In this document: positions 41,371 through 51,040 of the stretch, one piece after another
How positions within the stretch are numbered: the first letter of the stretch is position 1
Layout: each line of letters starts with the position of its first letter
Assembly (NCBI GenBank): GCA_016186115.1
Contig: JACPMK010000002.1
Location: 136,983-200,982, forward strand
Origin: Candidatus Wildermuthbacteria bacterium
Lineage (GTDB): Bacteria; Patescibacteriota; Minisyncoccia; Minisyncoccales; UBA10102
DNA: 64,000 nt
Direction of reading: 5' to 3'
Position numbers and translations under genes: made by a program
The notes under the pieces: model-generated
What the model was told of the DNA's origin: nothing
What the model saw: the letters and a program-made list of their open reading frames with translations, nothing else
Databases searched by the model: none

Positions 41371-41997
41371 TTAATGGAATACCTGTTCAATAACTTTCAC
41401 GGAATCTCTCGGCATAACAAGATAGCGAGCAGAAAGCACATCAAATACATTTAAATCCCGGGCCTGAATGGTCTTGGTGTAAGGAATATTTCGCGAGGCC
41501 TGAATAATATTTTTATCCAATGAAGGAAGAGCAATCAAGCTGCTTTTTTCGTCGCAAGGCAATTTCCGAAGAATACCGACCATTGTCTTTGTTTTTGAGT
41601 TTTCCAGTGAAAGAGTATCAAGAATTAAGAGAAGATTCCTCTTTACTTTTTCAGAAAGAACGCCGAACAATGCTTTTCTTCGCATGCTCTGATTCAAACG
41701 CGTTGCAAAGACGCGTTCTTTTTTCGGCCCAAAGGTCACTCCCCCGCCAATCCAGATAGGAGAACGAATAGAACCGTGCCGTGCTCTTCCGGTATGTTTT
41801 TGTGCCCATGGTTTTTTTCCTCCTCCTGCAACTTCTCCACGTCCCTTTGTATGCGCCAAAACCTGACGTCTGTTACGCAAATAATATACAAGGGCCTGAT
41901 GCGCAAGGTCCCTATTCAAGGGAACGTTAAAAAGAGCGTCTGACAATTCAATCTCGCCTGTTTCCTTCCCTTCTGTATTGTATACGGGGACTTTCAT
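41371..41997 (-). CDS. rplD: 50S ribosomal protein L4
   Basis: GGGKKPWAQKHTGRARHGSIRSPIWIGGG. Confidence 0.97.
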   Translation of the reverse strand: MKVPVYNTEGKETGEIELSDALFNVPLNRDLAHQALVYYLRNRRQVLAHTKGRGEVAGGGKKPWAQKHTGRARHGSIRSPIWIGGGVTFGPKKERVFATRLNQSMRRKALFGVLSEKVKRNLLLILDTLSLENSKTKTMVGILRKLPCDEKSSLIALPSLDKNIIQASRNIPYTKTIQARDLNVFDVLSARYLVMPRDSVKVIEQVFH

Positions 41998-42001
41998 AGA
42001 T

Positions 42002-42610
42002 TTATTTTTTCTGAATTGCCAAAAGTGTTCCTTTGCTTCCGGGAACAGAACCCTTAATCGCCAAAACCTGATGGTCAGGATCTACCTTGATAATTTTTAA
42101 GTTTCGGACGGTAACCTGCGCCACGCCCATATGCCCCGGCATGGGGCGCCCCTTAACCACGTGCTGGGGAAAACGTTGCCCCGTAGAGCCGATGGTGCGA
42201 TGCTCGTGCTTTACTCCGTGAGTTGCATTTCTTCCGGAAAATCCCCAACGCTTTACCCCTCCCTGAAATCCCTTCCCTTTGGAAACCGCAACAATCTGAA
42301 CCCTTTCGCCCTCCTGAAATTTCGATGCATCAATGACGTCGCCAACTTGATAGATCTCCCCTTCTGTATCTGTTATTGGAAATTCCCGAATAAAAGAAAA
42401 CTGTTTGCCTTTGGCAGATTTTTTTTGTTTTTTTGCATTGGTTATTTCTTCAAATCCTATCTGAAGGGCATGGGAGCCGTCTTTCTCTTTGGTCTTCACT
42501 TGCAATACCTTGCAAGGCCCTGCCTGAATCAGGGTTACAGGAATCACTTTCCGTTCTTCTTCACTGAAGATCTGGGTCATTCCAATTTTTTTTCCTAGTG
42601 CTGCTTTCAT
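42002..42610 (-). CDS. rplC: 50S ribosomal protein L3
   Basis: GKKIGMTQIF, SKGKGFQGGVKRWGF, KGSVPG. Confidence 0.97.
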   Translation of the reverse strand: MKAALGKKIGMTQIFSEEERKVIPVTLIQAGPCKVLQVKTKEKDGSHALQIGFEEITNAKKQKKSAKGKQFSFIREFPITDTEGEIYQVGDVIDASKFQEGERVQIVAVSKGKGFQGGVKRWGFSGRNATHGVKHEHRTIGSTGQRFPQHVVKGRPMPGHMGVAQVTVRNLKIIKVDPDHQVLAIKGSVPGSKGTLLAIQKK

Positions 42611-42626
42611 ATAAACGTCCAAGCAA

Positions 42627-42655
42627 GAGAAAACCGGGCGCGCCCGGTTTCCCTC
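42627..42655. other. GC-rich hairpin between rpsJ and rplC
   Basis: GAGAAAACCGGGCGCGCCCGGTTTCCCTC, a near-perfect inverted repeat. Confidence 0.7.
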
Positions 42656-42727
42656 ATTTACCTATTGTACTGGTACTGGAATCCTTCACGCCTAGTCGAT
42701 AGAAAAAAGAAGCATATCTATACCTTA

Positions 42728-43048
42728 CTACATCTTAATTTCAATATCAACCCCTGCAGGTAAGTTCAAACTCGACAGCGCCTCAATTACTTTCTGATTA
42801 GGATTCGGAATATCGATCACTCTGCGATGAATTCTCATTTCAAACTGTTCTCTTGCGTCTTTGTGCACAAAGGAAGAACGCTGCACCGTGTATTTGCGGA
42901 TAATGGTAGGAAGAGGAATAGGCCCCAAGACCTGACACCCCTGCCGGATAATCGCATCAACAATCTGGCGCGCGCTCGCATCAATCACTTTGTGATCGTA
43001 GGCGCTGATCTTAATTCTTAATTTTTGCTGGGTTGGTACTGCTTCCAT
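42728..43048 (-). CDS. rpsJ: 30S ribosomal protein S10
   Basis: [38 protein letters not shown]. Confidence 0.97.
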   Translation of the reverse strand: MEAVPTQQKLRIKISAYDHKVIDASARQIVDAIIRQGCQVLGPIPLPTIIRKYTVQRSSFVHKDAREQFEMRIHRRVIDIPNPNQKVIEALSSLNLPAGVDIEIKM

Positions 43049-43071
43049 CGCAACATTGAAAAATTGCTTAC

Positions 43072-43104
43072 AAAAGGGAGACGAGGAAAACTTCCTCGTC
43101 TCCC
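43072..43104 (-). terminator. Intrinsic terminator after tuf
   Basis: GGGAGACGAGGAA/TTCCTCGTCTCCC stem followed by TTTT. Confidence 0.75.
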
Positions 43105-43122
43105 GGTCCAATTTCTCTGATA

Positions 43123-44316
43123 TTACTGAATAATCTTGGTAATGACTCCCGCTCCAACGGTCTTGCCGCCTTCACGGATAGCAAATCTTTGCTGCTCTTC
43201 CATAGCAATCGGTACCAATAGTTTTACTTTAAATCGAATCGTATCGCCCGGCATCACCATTTCTGTACCCTCGGGCAATGTCACCTCTCCGGTTACATCG
43301 GTAGTGCGGAAATAGAACTGGGGTTTGTACCCCGCAAAGAATGGGGTATGACGGCCGCCTTCTTCTTTTGCCAAAACGTATACCTCTGATTCGAATTCGG
43401 TATGAGGAGTAATACTGCCGGGCTTTGCCAATACCTGACCGCGCTCTACGTCCTCCTTTTTTAATCCGCGCAATAATACGCCCACGTTATCCCCTGCGCG
43501 TCCTTCGTCAAGGGATTTATTAAACATTTCAACACTAATAACCACCGTCTTTGAAGTTTGGCGAATCCCTACGATCTCAACCTCTTCATTGGCTTTCACT
43601 ATTCCTCTCTCGATTCTCCCTGTCACCACTACTCCTCTTCCTGCAATAGAGAATACGTCTTCGATTGCCATCAGAAATGGCTTTTCAATCTCTCGCACGG
43701 GTTCTGCGATATAGGTGTCTATAGCATTCATTAATTCCACAATGGGTTTTGCTGCCTCGTCATCCGGTGTTTTTGCATCGAGTGCTTTTAACGCTGAACC
43801 CCGAATCACTGGAGTTTGATCTCCGGGAAATCCGTATTTTTTCAGCAATTCTCTCACTTCGGACTCTACAAGCTCGATCATTTCAGGATCATCTACCATA
43901 TCGCATTTATTCAAGAATACCACCAAAGAAGGCAATCCTACTTGTCTGGCAAGAAGAATATGCTCTCTGGTCTGGGGCATGGGGCCATCGGGAGCGGATA
44001 CCACAAGAATTGCTCCATCCATCTGGGCGGCTCCGGTAATCATATTTTTGATATAGTCGGCATGGCCGGGAGCATCAATGTGAGCATAGTGACGCTTCTC
44101 GGTCTCATATTCCAAGTGGGTAATATTGATTGTAATTCCTCTTGCTTTTTCTTCTGGCGCTGAATCAATCTGATCAACGCTTTTCTCGGTCACTCCGAAA
44201 CCCTTCAATTTAAGTATATGAAGAATCGCGGCAGACAAAGTGGTCTTGCCATGGTCAACGTGACCTATGGTACCAACGTTCACGTGCGGCTTTGTTCGTT
44301 CAAATTTTCCTGCCAT
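43123..44316 (-). CDS. tuf: Elongation factor Tu
   Basis: [43 protein letters not shown]. Confidence 0.98.
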   Translation of the reverse strand: MAGKFERTKPHVNVGTIGHVDHGKTTLSAAILHILKLKGFGVTEKSVDQIDSAPEEKARGITINITHLEYETEKRHYAHIDAPGHADYIKNMITGAAQMDGAILVVSAPDGPMPQTREHILLARQVGLPSLVVFLNKCDMVDDPEMIELVESEVRELLKKYGFPGDQTPVIRGSALKALDAKTPDDEAAKPIVELMNAIDTYIAEPVREIEKPFLMAIEDVFSIAGRGVVVTGRIERGIVKANEEVEIVGIRQTSKTVVISVEMFNKSLDEGRAGDNVGVLLRGLKKEDVERGQVLAKPGSITPHTEFESEVYVLAKEEGGRHTPFFAGYKPQFYFRTTDVTGEVTLPEGTEMVMPGDTIRFKVKLLVPIAMEEQQRFAIREGGKTVGAGVITKIIQ

Positions 44317-44378
44317 ATAAAATGTTACGTATTATTGTTTGATTAAAATGGTATAGAGCAACCCGACAACTACACTCT

Positions 44379-44407
44379 AGTATACGACTAAAGAGGAAGG
44401 TCGTCAA
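44379..44407 (-). promoter_or_regulatory. Putative internal tuf promoter
   Basis: TTGACG-17nt-TATACT, with the -35 inside the last codons of the upstream small ORF. Confidence 0.6.
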
Positions 44408-44615
44408 TTGTAAGGCCCTCTTCTCTTGCACGCTCGACCGGCTCGCTTGGCTGGAGAGGGACCTGCACTTGAGAAATTTTGGGAGCAGTTGCTCCTCCGA
44501 CTTTCTTTCGATACTCCTCAAACGACAAAATAACCATGGTTGGCTTGCCTCCCTCGACAATGATAAACTTTCCTCCGTCTTTTTCTATTAAATCTTTAAT
44601 TTCGTTCAAATCCAT
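44388..44615 (-). CDS. Small hypothetical protein between fusA and tuf (N-terminus resembles the Phd/YefM fold)
   Basis: 75 aa; KFIIVEGGKPTMVILSFEEY, ends GLTIDDLPL; starts 6 nt after the fusA stop. Confidence 0.7.
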   Translation of the reverse strand: MDLNEIKDLIEKDGGKFIIVEGGKPTMVILSFEEYRKKVGGATAPKISQVQVPLQPSEPVERAREEGLTIDDLPL

Positions 44616-44621
44616 ATATTT

Positions 44622-46730
44622 CTATCTTCTGGTGCCGGCAACGACCTCCTTGGCAATGTTCGCAGGCACTTCCTCATAAGTATCGAATTCCATTGTAAAT
44701 GTTCCGCGGCCTTCTGTCAACGAACGCAAAGCCGTGGCATAACCAAACATATTTGCCAATGGAACTCTTGCGTCAATAACCTTCATATTCAGCCGATCCT
44801 CGGTTTCTAAAATCCTGCCCTGTTTCGAAGACAAATCAGCAATTACATCGCCAAAAAAGTCGGTAGGCACAATAACCTCAAGCCGCATAACGGGTTCAAG
44901 AAGTACCGGATTTGCTCTTTTCGCCGCCTCTTGAAGGGCGATAGATCCTGCAACCTTAAAAGCAAATTCCGAAGAGTCCACCTCATGGAAAGAACCGTCA
45001 AAGAGGATTACTTGCGTATCAACTATGGGGTATCCTGCGACCACTCCTTTGTCCATTGCTTCCCGAACTCCCTTTTCAATTGCCGGAATAAATTCACGGG
45101 GGATTACTCCTCCTTTGATCTGATCCACAAATTCAAAGCCCTCTCCTCTCGCCTTCGGCTTTACTCGCAGGAACACATGACCGTATTGACCGTGGCCACC
45201 TGATTGACGCACATATTTTCCTTCTGCTTCTGCTTCTGACCGGATTGCTTCTTTATACGCCACCTGCGGCCTGCCCACATTTCCTTCTACTCCGAATTCT
45301 CTCTTCATGCGGTCTACGATAATCTCCAAGTGCAACTCCCCCATTCCGGAAATAATGGTCTCGCCCGTTTCCAAATCAGAAGAAACCCGAAACGTAGGGT
45401 CCTCCTCGGCAAGACGATGTAGCGCTAAACTCAATTTTTCCTGATCGGCTTGGGTTTTCGGTTCAATGCGCACAGAAATAACGGGTTCGGGAAATGTGAT
45501 CTGCTCCAAGATAATGGGAGAATCTTCATCACAAAGAGTATTTCCTGTCGTGGTGTTTTTCAAACCAACGGTCGCGGCAATATCGCCGGCATAAAGCTCG
45601 TCCACCTCTTCTCTCGCGTTGGCATGCATAAGGAGAAGACGGCTGATGCGCTCTTTTTCTCCAGTGGTGGTGTTGGCAACATAGGAACCTTTTTTGAGCG
45701 TTCCTGAATACACCCTAAAATACGTCAGCGAGCCAACGTAAGGGTCCGACGCAATCTTAAAGGCGAGCGCGGCAAAAGGTTCTGTATCTGATGCTTTGCG
45801 TTCAATGGTCTCACCGCTCCGAGGATCAATTCCCTTCACCGAAGGAAGATCAGCCGGACTTGGAAGATAATCGACAACCCCATCCAGCAAAAGTTGGATA
45901 CCTTTATTTTTTAGTGCCGATCCCGTAAATACCGGAATGAGTTTATACTCGATGCATGCCTTGCGCAAAATTGCTTTCAAGGTATCAACCGGGATTTCTT
46001 CTCCGCCAAGATACCGGCTAAGCGTCTCCTCATCTTCCGCAACAATTTTCTCAATAAGCTTTTCCCGCCATTGTTTTGCTTGGGTCTTCAGCTCTTCAGG
46101 AATTTCCTCTTCTTTGATGATTTGGCCAAAATCGCCCTCAAAGGCATACAGTTTCATCCGCAAGAGATCAATGATGCCGCGAAACTGATCCTCTGTACCA
46201 ACAGGGAGCTGCATTGCAACCGCGTTCGGGCTCAATTTCTGCCAAATCGATTGCAAACTTTTCTCGAATGATGCGCCCATGCGGTCAATTTTATTAATGA
46301 AACAAACACGCGGCACATTGAATTTATCTGCCTGCCGCCACACGGTTTCCGACTGGGGCTCCACTCCTGCCACACCATCAAATACCACCACTGCTCCATC
46401 AAGTACCCGCAGCGAACGCTGCACTTCTACGGTAAAATCAATATGCCCTGGGGTATCAATAATATTAATGCGATGCTCAAAGTCCTTTGGTTTACCGGCT
46501 AGATACGTAGGCATCCAAAAACAAGTTGTCGCGGCAGAGGTAATGGTGATTCCGCGCTCTCTCTCCTGTTCCATCCAGTCCATAATGGTTGTACCCTCAT
46601 GAACCTCTCCTATTTTGTGGGAAACGCCGGTGTAAAACAAAATTCGCTCGGTTGTCGTGGTTTTGCCGGCGTCGATATGGGCAATAATTCCAATATCTCG
46701 TACTTTTTCAATCGGATACTGTCGAGCCAT
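44622..46730 (-). CDS. fusA: Elongation factor G
   Basis: [39 protein letters not shown]. Confidence 0.98.
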   Translation of the reverse strand: MARQYPIEKVRDIGIIAHIDAGKTTTTERILFYTGVSHKIGEVHEGTTIMDWMEQERERGITITSAATTCFWMPTYLAGKPKDFEHRINIIDTPGHIDFTVEVQRSLRVLDGAVVVFDGVAGVEPQSETVWRQADKFNVPRVCFINKIDRMGASFEKSLQSIWQKLSPNAVAMQLPVGTEDQFRGIIDLLRMKLYAFEGDFGQIIKEEEIPEELKTQAKQWREKLIEKIVAEDEETLSRYLGGEEIPVDTLKAILRKACIEYKLIPVFTGSALKNKGIQLLLDGVVDYLPSPADLPSVKGIDPRSGETIERKASDTEPFAALAFKIASDPYVGSLTYFRVYSGTLKKGSYVANTTTGEKERISRLLLMHANAREEVDELYAGDIAATVGLKNTTTGNTLCDEDSPIILEQITFPEPVISVRIEPKTQADQEKLSLALHRLAEEDPTFRVSSDLETGETIISGMGELHLEIIVDRMKREFGVEGNVGRPQVAYKEAIRSEAEAEGKYVRQSGGHGQYGHVFLRVKPKARGEGFEFVDQIKGGVIPREFIPAIEKGVREAMDKGVVAGYPIVDTQVILFDGSFHEVDSSEFAFKVAGSIALQEAAKRANPVLLEPVMRLEVIVPTDFFGDVIADLSSKQGRILETEDRLNMKVIDARVPLANMFGYATALRSLTEGRGTFTMEFDTYEEVPANIAKEVVAGTRR

Positions 46731-46811
46731 GGAAAGCTAGTAGTTTATAGTTAGTAGAAATGAGTAAAAAAGCGTGGGTAAAGCGCAAAGAAAAATCACT
46801 TGCTCGAGCGA

Positions 46812-47282
46812 TTACGAACGGGCGAAATGGGCAAAGGCACGGTTTGCTTCGGCCATGCGATGCACGTCATCTCTTTTCTTCACCGCGCTTCCCTCTTTCT
46901 TCGCAGCCAGCATCAATTCTTCTGCTAATTTCTGCGACATGGGCTTCCCCTTTTTGGTCTTTGCCGCGCCAATAAGCCATCGAAAGGCAATGCTTATTCT
47001 CCGATCGCCTTGCACCTCTACCGGAACCTGATACGTAGCTCCCCCTACTCTCCGGGAACGAACCTCCAACAAAGGGGCCACGTTTTCGATTGCCTGTTCA
47101 AATACAGCAACAGGGTCTTGTTTTGTCTGGTTCTTAATTACATCAAAAGCCCCGTATACAATTTTACGGGCAGTCGCTTTCTTGCCCTTACGCATCACAT
47201 GATTAATGAGCTTTCCCACATCAACACGGCCGTAGATTGAATCGGGGTGTATCTCATGTTTTTGTACCTTGAATCGTGCCAT
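46812..47282 (-). CDS. rpsG: 30S ribosomal protein S7
   Basis: [24 protein letters not shown]. Confidence 0.97.
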   Translation of the reverse strand: MARFKVQKHEIHPDSIYGRVDVGKLINHVMRKGKKATARKIVYGAFDVIKNQTKQDPVAVFEQAIENVAPLLEVRSRRVGGATYQVPVEVQGDRRISIAFRWLIGAAKTKKGKPMSQKLAEELMLAAKKEGSAVKKRDDVHRMAEANRAFAHFARS

Positions 47283-47285
47283 ACG

Positions 47286-47696
47286 TTATTTCGGTTTTTT
47301 TACTCCATACTTGGAACGCTCTTGCTTTCTTCCCTCAACCCCGGCAGCATCCAGAATCCCGCGCACAATATGATATCGTACGCCCGGCAAATCCTTTACT
47401 CTTCCTCCGCGGATAAGCACAACCGAATGCTCCTGCAAACTGTGACCCTCTCCCGGAATATACGCGGTAACCTCCATGCCATTGCTCAATCGTACTCTTG
47501 CCACCTTACGCAAGGCAGAGTTTGGCTTTTTAGGAGTCATTGTTTTTACCGCTACGCATACTCCCCTTTTCAATGGCGAGAAATATTCCACGGGCTGATT
47601 CCTCTTTGAGTTAAAACCAAACGTGAGGGCAGGCGTTCTGCTCTTTTTCTGAATTCTTTTTCTTCCCTTTTTTACTAACTGATGCAATGTAGGCAT
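47286..47696 (-). CDS. rpsL: 30S ribosomal protein S12
   Basis: [27 protein letters not shown]. Confidence 0.98.
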   Translation of the reverse strand: MPTLHQLVKKGRKRIQKKSRTPALTFGFNSKRNQPVEYFSPLKRGVCVAVKTMTPKKPNSALRKVARVRLSNGMEVTAYIPGEGHSLQEHSVVLIRGGRVKDLPGVRYHIVRGILDAAGVEGRKQERSKYGVKKPK

Positions 47697-47714
47697 AAAA
47701 AAATACCAAAAATA

Positions 47715-47743
47715 AGTTTATCAAATAACTCTTAAAGTGTCAA
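47715..47743 (-). promoter_or_regulatory. Putative sigma70 promoter of the str operon
   Basis: TTGACA-17nt-TAAACT, 18 nt before the rpsL ATG. Confidence 0.7.
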
Positions 47744-47750
47744 CGGAGTT

Positions 47751-48407
47751 TTATTGCTGGAGGAGAAAAGAAATAATCGATTCTCCCACAATCATTTCAA
47801 ATATAAAGTTTACTATTGCAAGGATTGCCGGGAAAAAGAAAAAAATCAAAAAGAGCAAAAGAATAAACCCATATTGAGCTAAGAACATTTTTAGTTGTTC
47901 AAATCCCTTGGGCAGCAGCGTGAGCAGAATATGGGAGCCATCAAGCGGAGGAATGGGAATCAAGTTGAACACCGCGAGAAGAATATTCAAAAAGACGATA
48001 TAGGCGAATACCAATACCAACGTAGGATGGATACTCGCCACTGGAAGGAATCGCAACGCAAGTCCAAATATCAAAGCAAGCAGGATATTCGAAGCAGGTC
48101 CGGCCATGCTTACCTTTAGCTCATCATAGCGGCCGCGAAGGTTTGCCGGATTGATAGGGACTGGCTTTGCCCATCCAAGGATAATCCCCCGGGTGGGCGA
48201 TATTGCAGAAAGAAATGCAAGAAACAAAGGCAGGATAACAGAACCAAAGGGATCGATATGAGGAATGGGATTCATCGTAAGCCGCCCGGCATTTTTTGCA
48301 GTGGGATCGCCCAAGGCATTGGCAACAAAACCATGAGAAACCTCGTGCAGAATAACCGAGGGAACAAGAATCGCAAGCTGAAAAAAAAGAAGCTGTGAAT
48401 TTTCCAT
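47751..48407 (-). CDS. Site-2 protease (M50) family protein
   Basis: HEVSHG, GDPTAKNAGRLTMNP, AGPASN, FNLIPIPPLDGS. Confidence 0.9.
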   Translation of the reverse strand: MENSQLLFFQLAILVPSVILHEVSHGFVANALGDPTAKNAGRLTMNPIPHIDPFGSVILPLFLAFLSAISPTRGIILGWAKPVPINPANLRGRYDELKVSMAGPASNILLALIFGLALRFLPVASIHPTLVLVFAYIVFLNILLAVFNLIPIPPLDGSHILLTLLPKGFEQLKMFLAQYGFILLLFLIFFFFPAILAIVNFIFEMIVGESIISFLLQQ

Positions 48408-48465
48408 TATCCCCCAGTATACCAAGTATTGAAAAATAAGAAAAGGTCTGATAGAATGGTTTCGT

Positions 48466-48654
48466 ATGGCACAGCAATGCAGCATCTGCAAAAAAATTCC
48501 TGCACGGGTTTGGCGACTAGTCAAACTGCGCGGGAAATATAACCCAACTATCAAACGAAAGCAAAAGCCCAATCTTCAGTGGGTCACTTTGGAATCTCGA
48601 GGCCGCGTGAAGGCCTGCGCCAAATGCATCAAAACCCTTGCCAAAACCCGGTAA
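48466..48654 (+). CDS. rpmB: 50S ribosomal protein L28
   Basis: MAQQCSICKK...KRKQKPNLQ...CAKCIKT; upstream TTGAAA-17nt-TAGAAT. Confidence 0.88.
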   Translation: MAQQCSICKKIPARVWRLVKLRGKYNPTIKRKQKPNLQWVTLESRGRVKACAKCIKTLAKTR

Positions 48655-48674
48655 TCCTTGAAGTAAGAGTAGTT

Positions 48675-48745
48675 CGGGGCATAGCGTAATGGTAGCGCAC
48701 GTCCTTGGGGTGGATGAGGATGGGGTCCAATTCCCCATGCCCCGA
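48675..48745 (+). tRNA. tRNA-Pro (GGG)
   Basis: CGGGGCA.../TGCCCCG-A; anticodon arm CGTCC-TTGGGGT-GGATG. Confidence 0.92.
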
Positions 48746-48817
48746 CAAAACAAAAAACGACGGAGATGTCGTTGCGTAGATTCTCGGCAGAAATGGACAG
48801 GCTAAGCCTGTCTAGCA

Positions 48818-49621
48818 TTAACTTACTGGATTTTGAGCTAATTGATTGTGGAGATCAGACCACAAAAAGAGACGGCCTTGGTCGGCAGAACGATGCGCTT
48901 TTTGCAGCAGCACAAATGCCTTGCCGTATGACTGCCCACGAAGATTCACCGCCGCGGCTCCAAGAAGCTGCTCTGCCTCTTTAAGAAGATTTTGAGAAAA
49001 TGTAAGGCTACCATGAGAATTTGAAGAAGAGCGCGCTTGCTGGAAATCATCTCGAAGAGCAACAATCTCATTTTTAGCAATCCGGAATCTCCCCGGAATG
49101 ACGAATTTCAATTGCTCGCGGTTATTTTTAGCAATTGCCTTTCGCTCGTTCTCTATTCTCAATTGCTGTTCATGATTCGCTCCCTTCTCAAGAATTGAAC
49201 ATATTGCCTGATCTGGAAAACGATTCTCAAGAATTTTTCCGTATGCCTTGAGTAATGCTTCTAAATGGGAATGGATTCCGGCGCGCAAACAGATGCATTC
49301 TTTTTCCTCCAGTTTCAATGCAAGAGTATCAATAGATTCTATTCCGAGTTGGATTTTAGCTCCTATGATTTTTGCATGCGCCACCACACTCTGTACGGTC
49401 GCATCCCGCAGTTCCCGAAGAACTGTAAGTAATTGAGATATTTCTTGGAAAGCCCGCACTTCAACAGGAAATGCAGAAAGAAATTTGACGCTTGGACGAA
49501 AATTTTGCGGATATGTTCTGGTATAACATAAAAAAAACTCTCGTAGCCGAGCTTTATCATTCCCATTCATTTGTACGCTTTTGGCGCCTTCAAAAAAATT
49601 ATAGAGCTTTACTGAGACCAT
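48818..49621 (-). CDS. Hypothetical helical protein, candidate anti-sigma/partner of the ECF sigma
   Basis: The in-frame ATG at 49621 overlaps the sigma 3' end by 23 nt; no obvious TM segment; the start could instead be 49570. Confidence 0.6.
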   Translation of the reverse strand: MVSVKLYNFFEGAKSVQMNGNDKARLREFFLCYTRTYPQNFRPSVKFLSAFPVEVRAFQEISQLLTVLRELRDATVQSVVAHAKIIGAKIQLGIESIDTLALKLEEKECICLRAGIHSHLEALLKAYGKILENRFPDQAICSILEKGANHEQQLRIENERKAIAKNNREQLKFVIPGRFRIAKNEIVALRDDFQQARSSSNSHGSLTFSQNLLKEAEQLLGAAAVNLRGQSYGKAFVLLQKAHRSADQGRLFLWSDLHNQLAQNPVS

Positions 49622-50114
49622 ATTCTTGATGCTGCCCAATAACTTCTTTAAGCTTCTGGACACCACGGTGAATGCGTACCGATATTGCATTTTCACTTTC
49701 CTGAAGAATCTCTGCGATCTCTTTGGGAGATAATTCGTCGATGTACCGCATAAGGATCACATCGCGATATTTCTCCTCAAGCTGAACCAAGTTTTGAACA
49801 ATACTTTTTGCGTCTATCACCCATCCGATTTTATCCCTGACATCCAGAGATGGATCATATCCTTTTTCCTGAAGCCTGTCAAGAGAGACGGTCTTTTTCT
49901 TGCGCGAATAGTCGATCACGAGGTTATTTGCCACGCGATATAAAAATGCACGGATATTTTTTATTTCTTTTCCGGCAATAATATAGCGCCAGGTGTGAAT
50001 GAATGTTTCTTGAACAAGATCATTGGCGAGCTCGCGATCAAACAAACGGAAATAACAATGCCGAAAGATTGCATTCGCATAGGTATCGTAAGCTTTGATA
50101 AATTCATCCCTCAT
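49599..50114 (-). CDS. ECF-type RNA polymerase sigma-70 factor
   Basis: Region 2 ANDLVQETFIHTW...FLYRVANNLVIDYSRK; region 4 LSPKEIAEILQESENAISVRIHRG. Confidence 0.93.
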   Translation of the reverse strand: MRDEFIKAYDTYANAIFRHCYFRLFDRELANDLVQETFIHTWRYIIAGKEIKNIRAFLYRVANNLVIDYSRKKKTVSLDRLQEKGYDPSLDVRDKIGWVIDAKSIVQNLVQLEEKYRDVILMRYIDELSPKEIAEILQESENAISVRIHRGVQKLKEVIGQHQEYGLSKAL

Positions 50115-50161
50115 GGAAGATATAAGATGAGGTATATCTAAAAAAATAAGGAATATAAGTA

Positions 50162-50190
50162 AGAATACAAAGAATATAAATGCCTGTCAA
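50162..50190 (-). promoter_or_regulatory. Putative sigma70 promoter of the ECF sigma gene
   Basis: TTGACA-17nt-TATTCT. Confidence 0.55.
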
Positions 50191-50233
50191 GAGATAAAAT
50201 TAAAAAAGTATTAATATATAAGATGAGCTATGT

Positions 50234-50371
50234 AAAAAATAAATCCCCCACCCTCCATCGAGAAAAATTCCATTAACTCACGTGAGCGCCGTAGCGCAAT
50301 GCCCGCAGGCATCACGCGCATCCAGCTCTCTTGAAATGCTAATAGGAATTCCTTCAGGAGAAGTAGGGGCT
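50234..50371 (-). ncRNA. Candidate rod-shaped non-coding RNA (possibly 6S-like)
   Basis: Own promoter, end-to-end self-complementarity over ~125 nt, and a 3' T-tract. Confidence 0.6.
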
Positions 50372-50377
50372 ATTTTT

Positions 50378-50406
50378 ATCGTAGCGACGACAGAAGATTT
50401 TGTCAA
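50378..50406 (-). promoter_or_regulatory. Putative sigma70 promoter of the ncRNA candidate
   Basis: TTGACA-17nt-TACGAT. Confidence 0.65.
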
Positions 50407-50425
50407 ACTCTTCCGTATTCAGGGA

Positions 50426-51031
50426 TTACTCCAAAATGCCGTCGAGGTTCACATCGTAGAGAATTCTCTCTTGAATAAGCTTGTAATCCATAAGTTCGTT
50501 TTGGGAAAACCAATGCGCGATCTCCTTTCCGGCTTCTTCAACTGTTCCTGACGCGTGGATCAAATTTCGTACCGCGCGCTTATCCATGTCCGCCATCTGA
50601 TAAGAATCCAGCACAAAGTCGCCACGAATAGTTCCGACGTCCGAAGTTAAAGGTTCCGTTCCCCCGGTAAGTTTACGCACAATACTGACAACATGAGCTC
50701 CCTGCCAGACCATTGCAATGACCGGACCTGCTGTTAAGTATCTTTTCAAGCCGTCCAGCACTCTCTCCCCTACTTCCATGGGATTTTCTGAAGGCGGCAG
50801 TATTCCCTTTTTGCGATAGCTCTCAATTGCTTTTTCTCCTGCTTTCCTCGTCCAGTCCGGATCCAGAAGATAATGCTGCTCCACATGCTCTGCCGTGGGC
50901 ACAACTATCTTAATACCAGCCAATTTCAGCCCGATCCTCTCGTAGCGCTGAATAATTTCTCCGATAAGGCCCCGCTGAACCCCATCCGGCTTTATCAATA
51001 CGAGCGTTCTCTCTTCTTTGATATGTGGCAT
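50426..51031 (-). CDS. ndk: Nucleoside diphosphate kinase
   Basis: ERTLVLIKPDGVQRGLIGEII, GTIRGDF, NLIHASG. Confidence 0.95.
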   Translation of the reverse strand: MPHIKEERTLVLIKPDGVQRGLIGEIIQRYERIGLKLAGIKIVVPTAEHVEQHYLLDPDWTRKAGEKAIESYRKKGILPPSENPMEVGERVLDGLKRYLTAGPVIAMVWQGAHVVSIVRKLTGGTEPLTSDVGTIRGDFVLDSYQMADMDKRAVRNLIHASGTVEEAGKEIAHWFSQNELMDYKLIQERILYDVNLDGILE

Positions 51032-51040
51032 ACAATAAAA

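Noticed and set aside
50234..50371. SRP (4.5S) RNA identity for the hairpin RNA
   Set aside because: The apical loop is TGCG and the conserved SRP domain IV GGAA-tetraloop motif is absent
50282..50551. 89 aa plus-strand ORF across the ncRNA candidate
   Set aside because: Antisense to ndk for half its length, with no recognisable motifs or initiation signals
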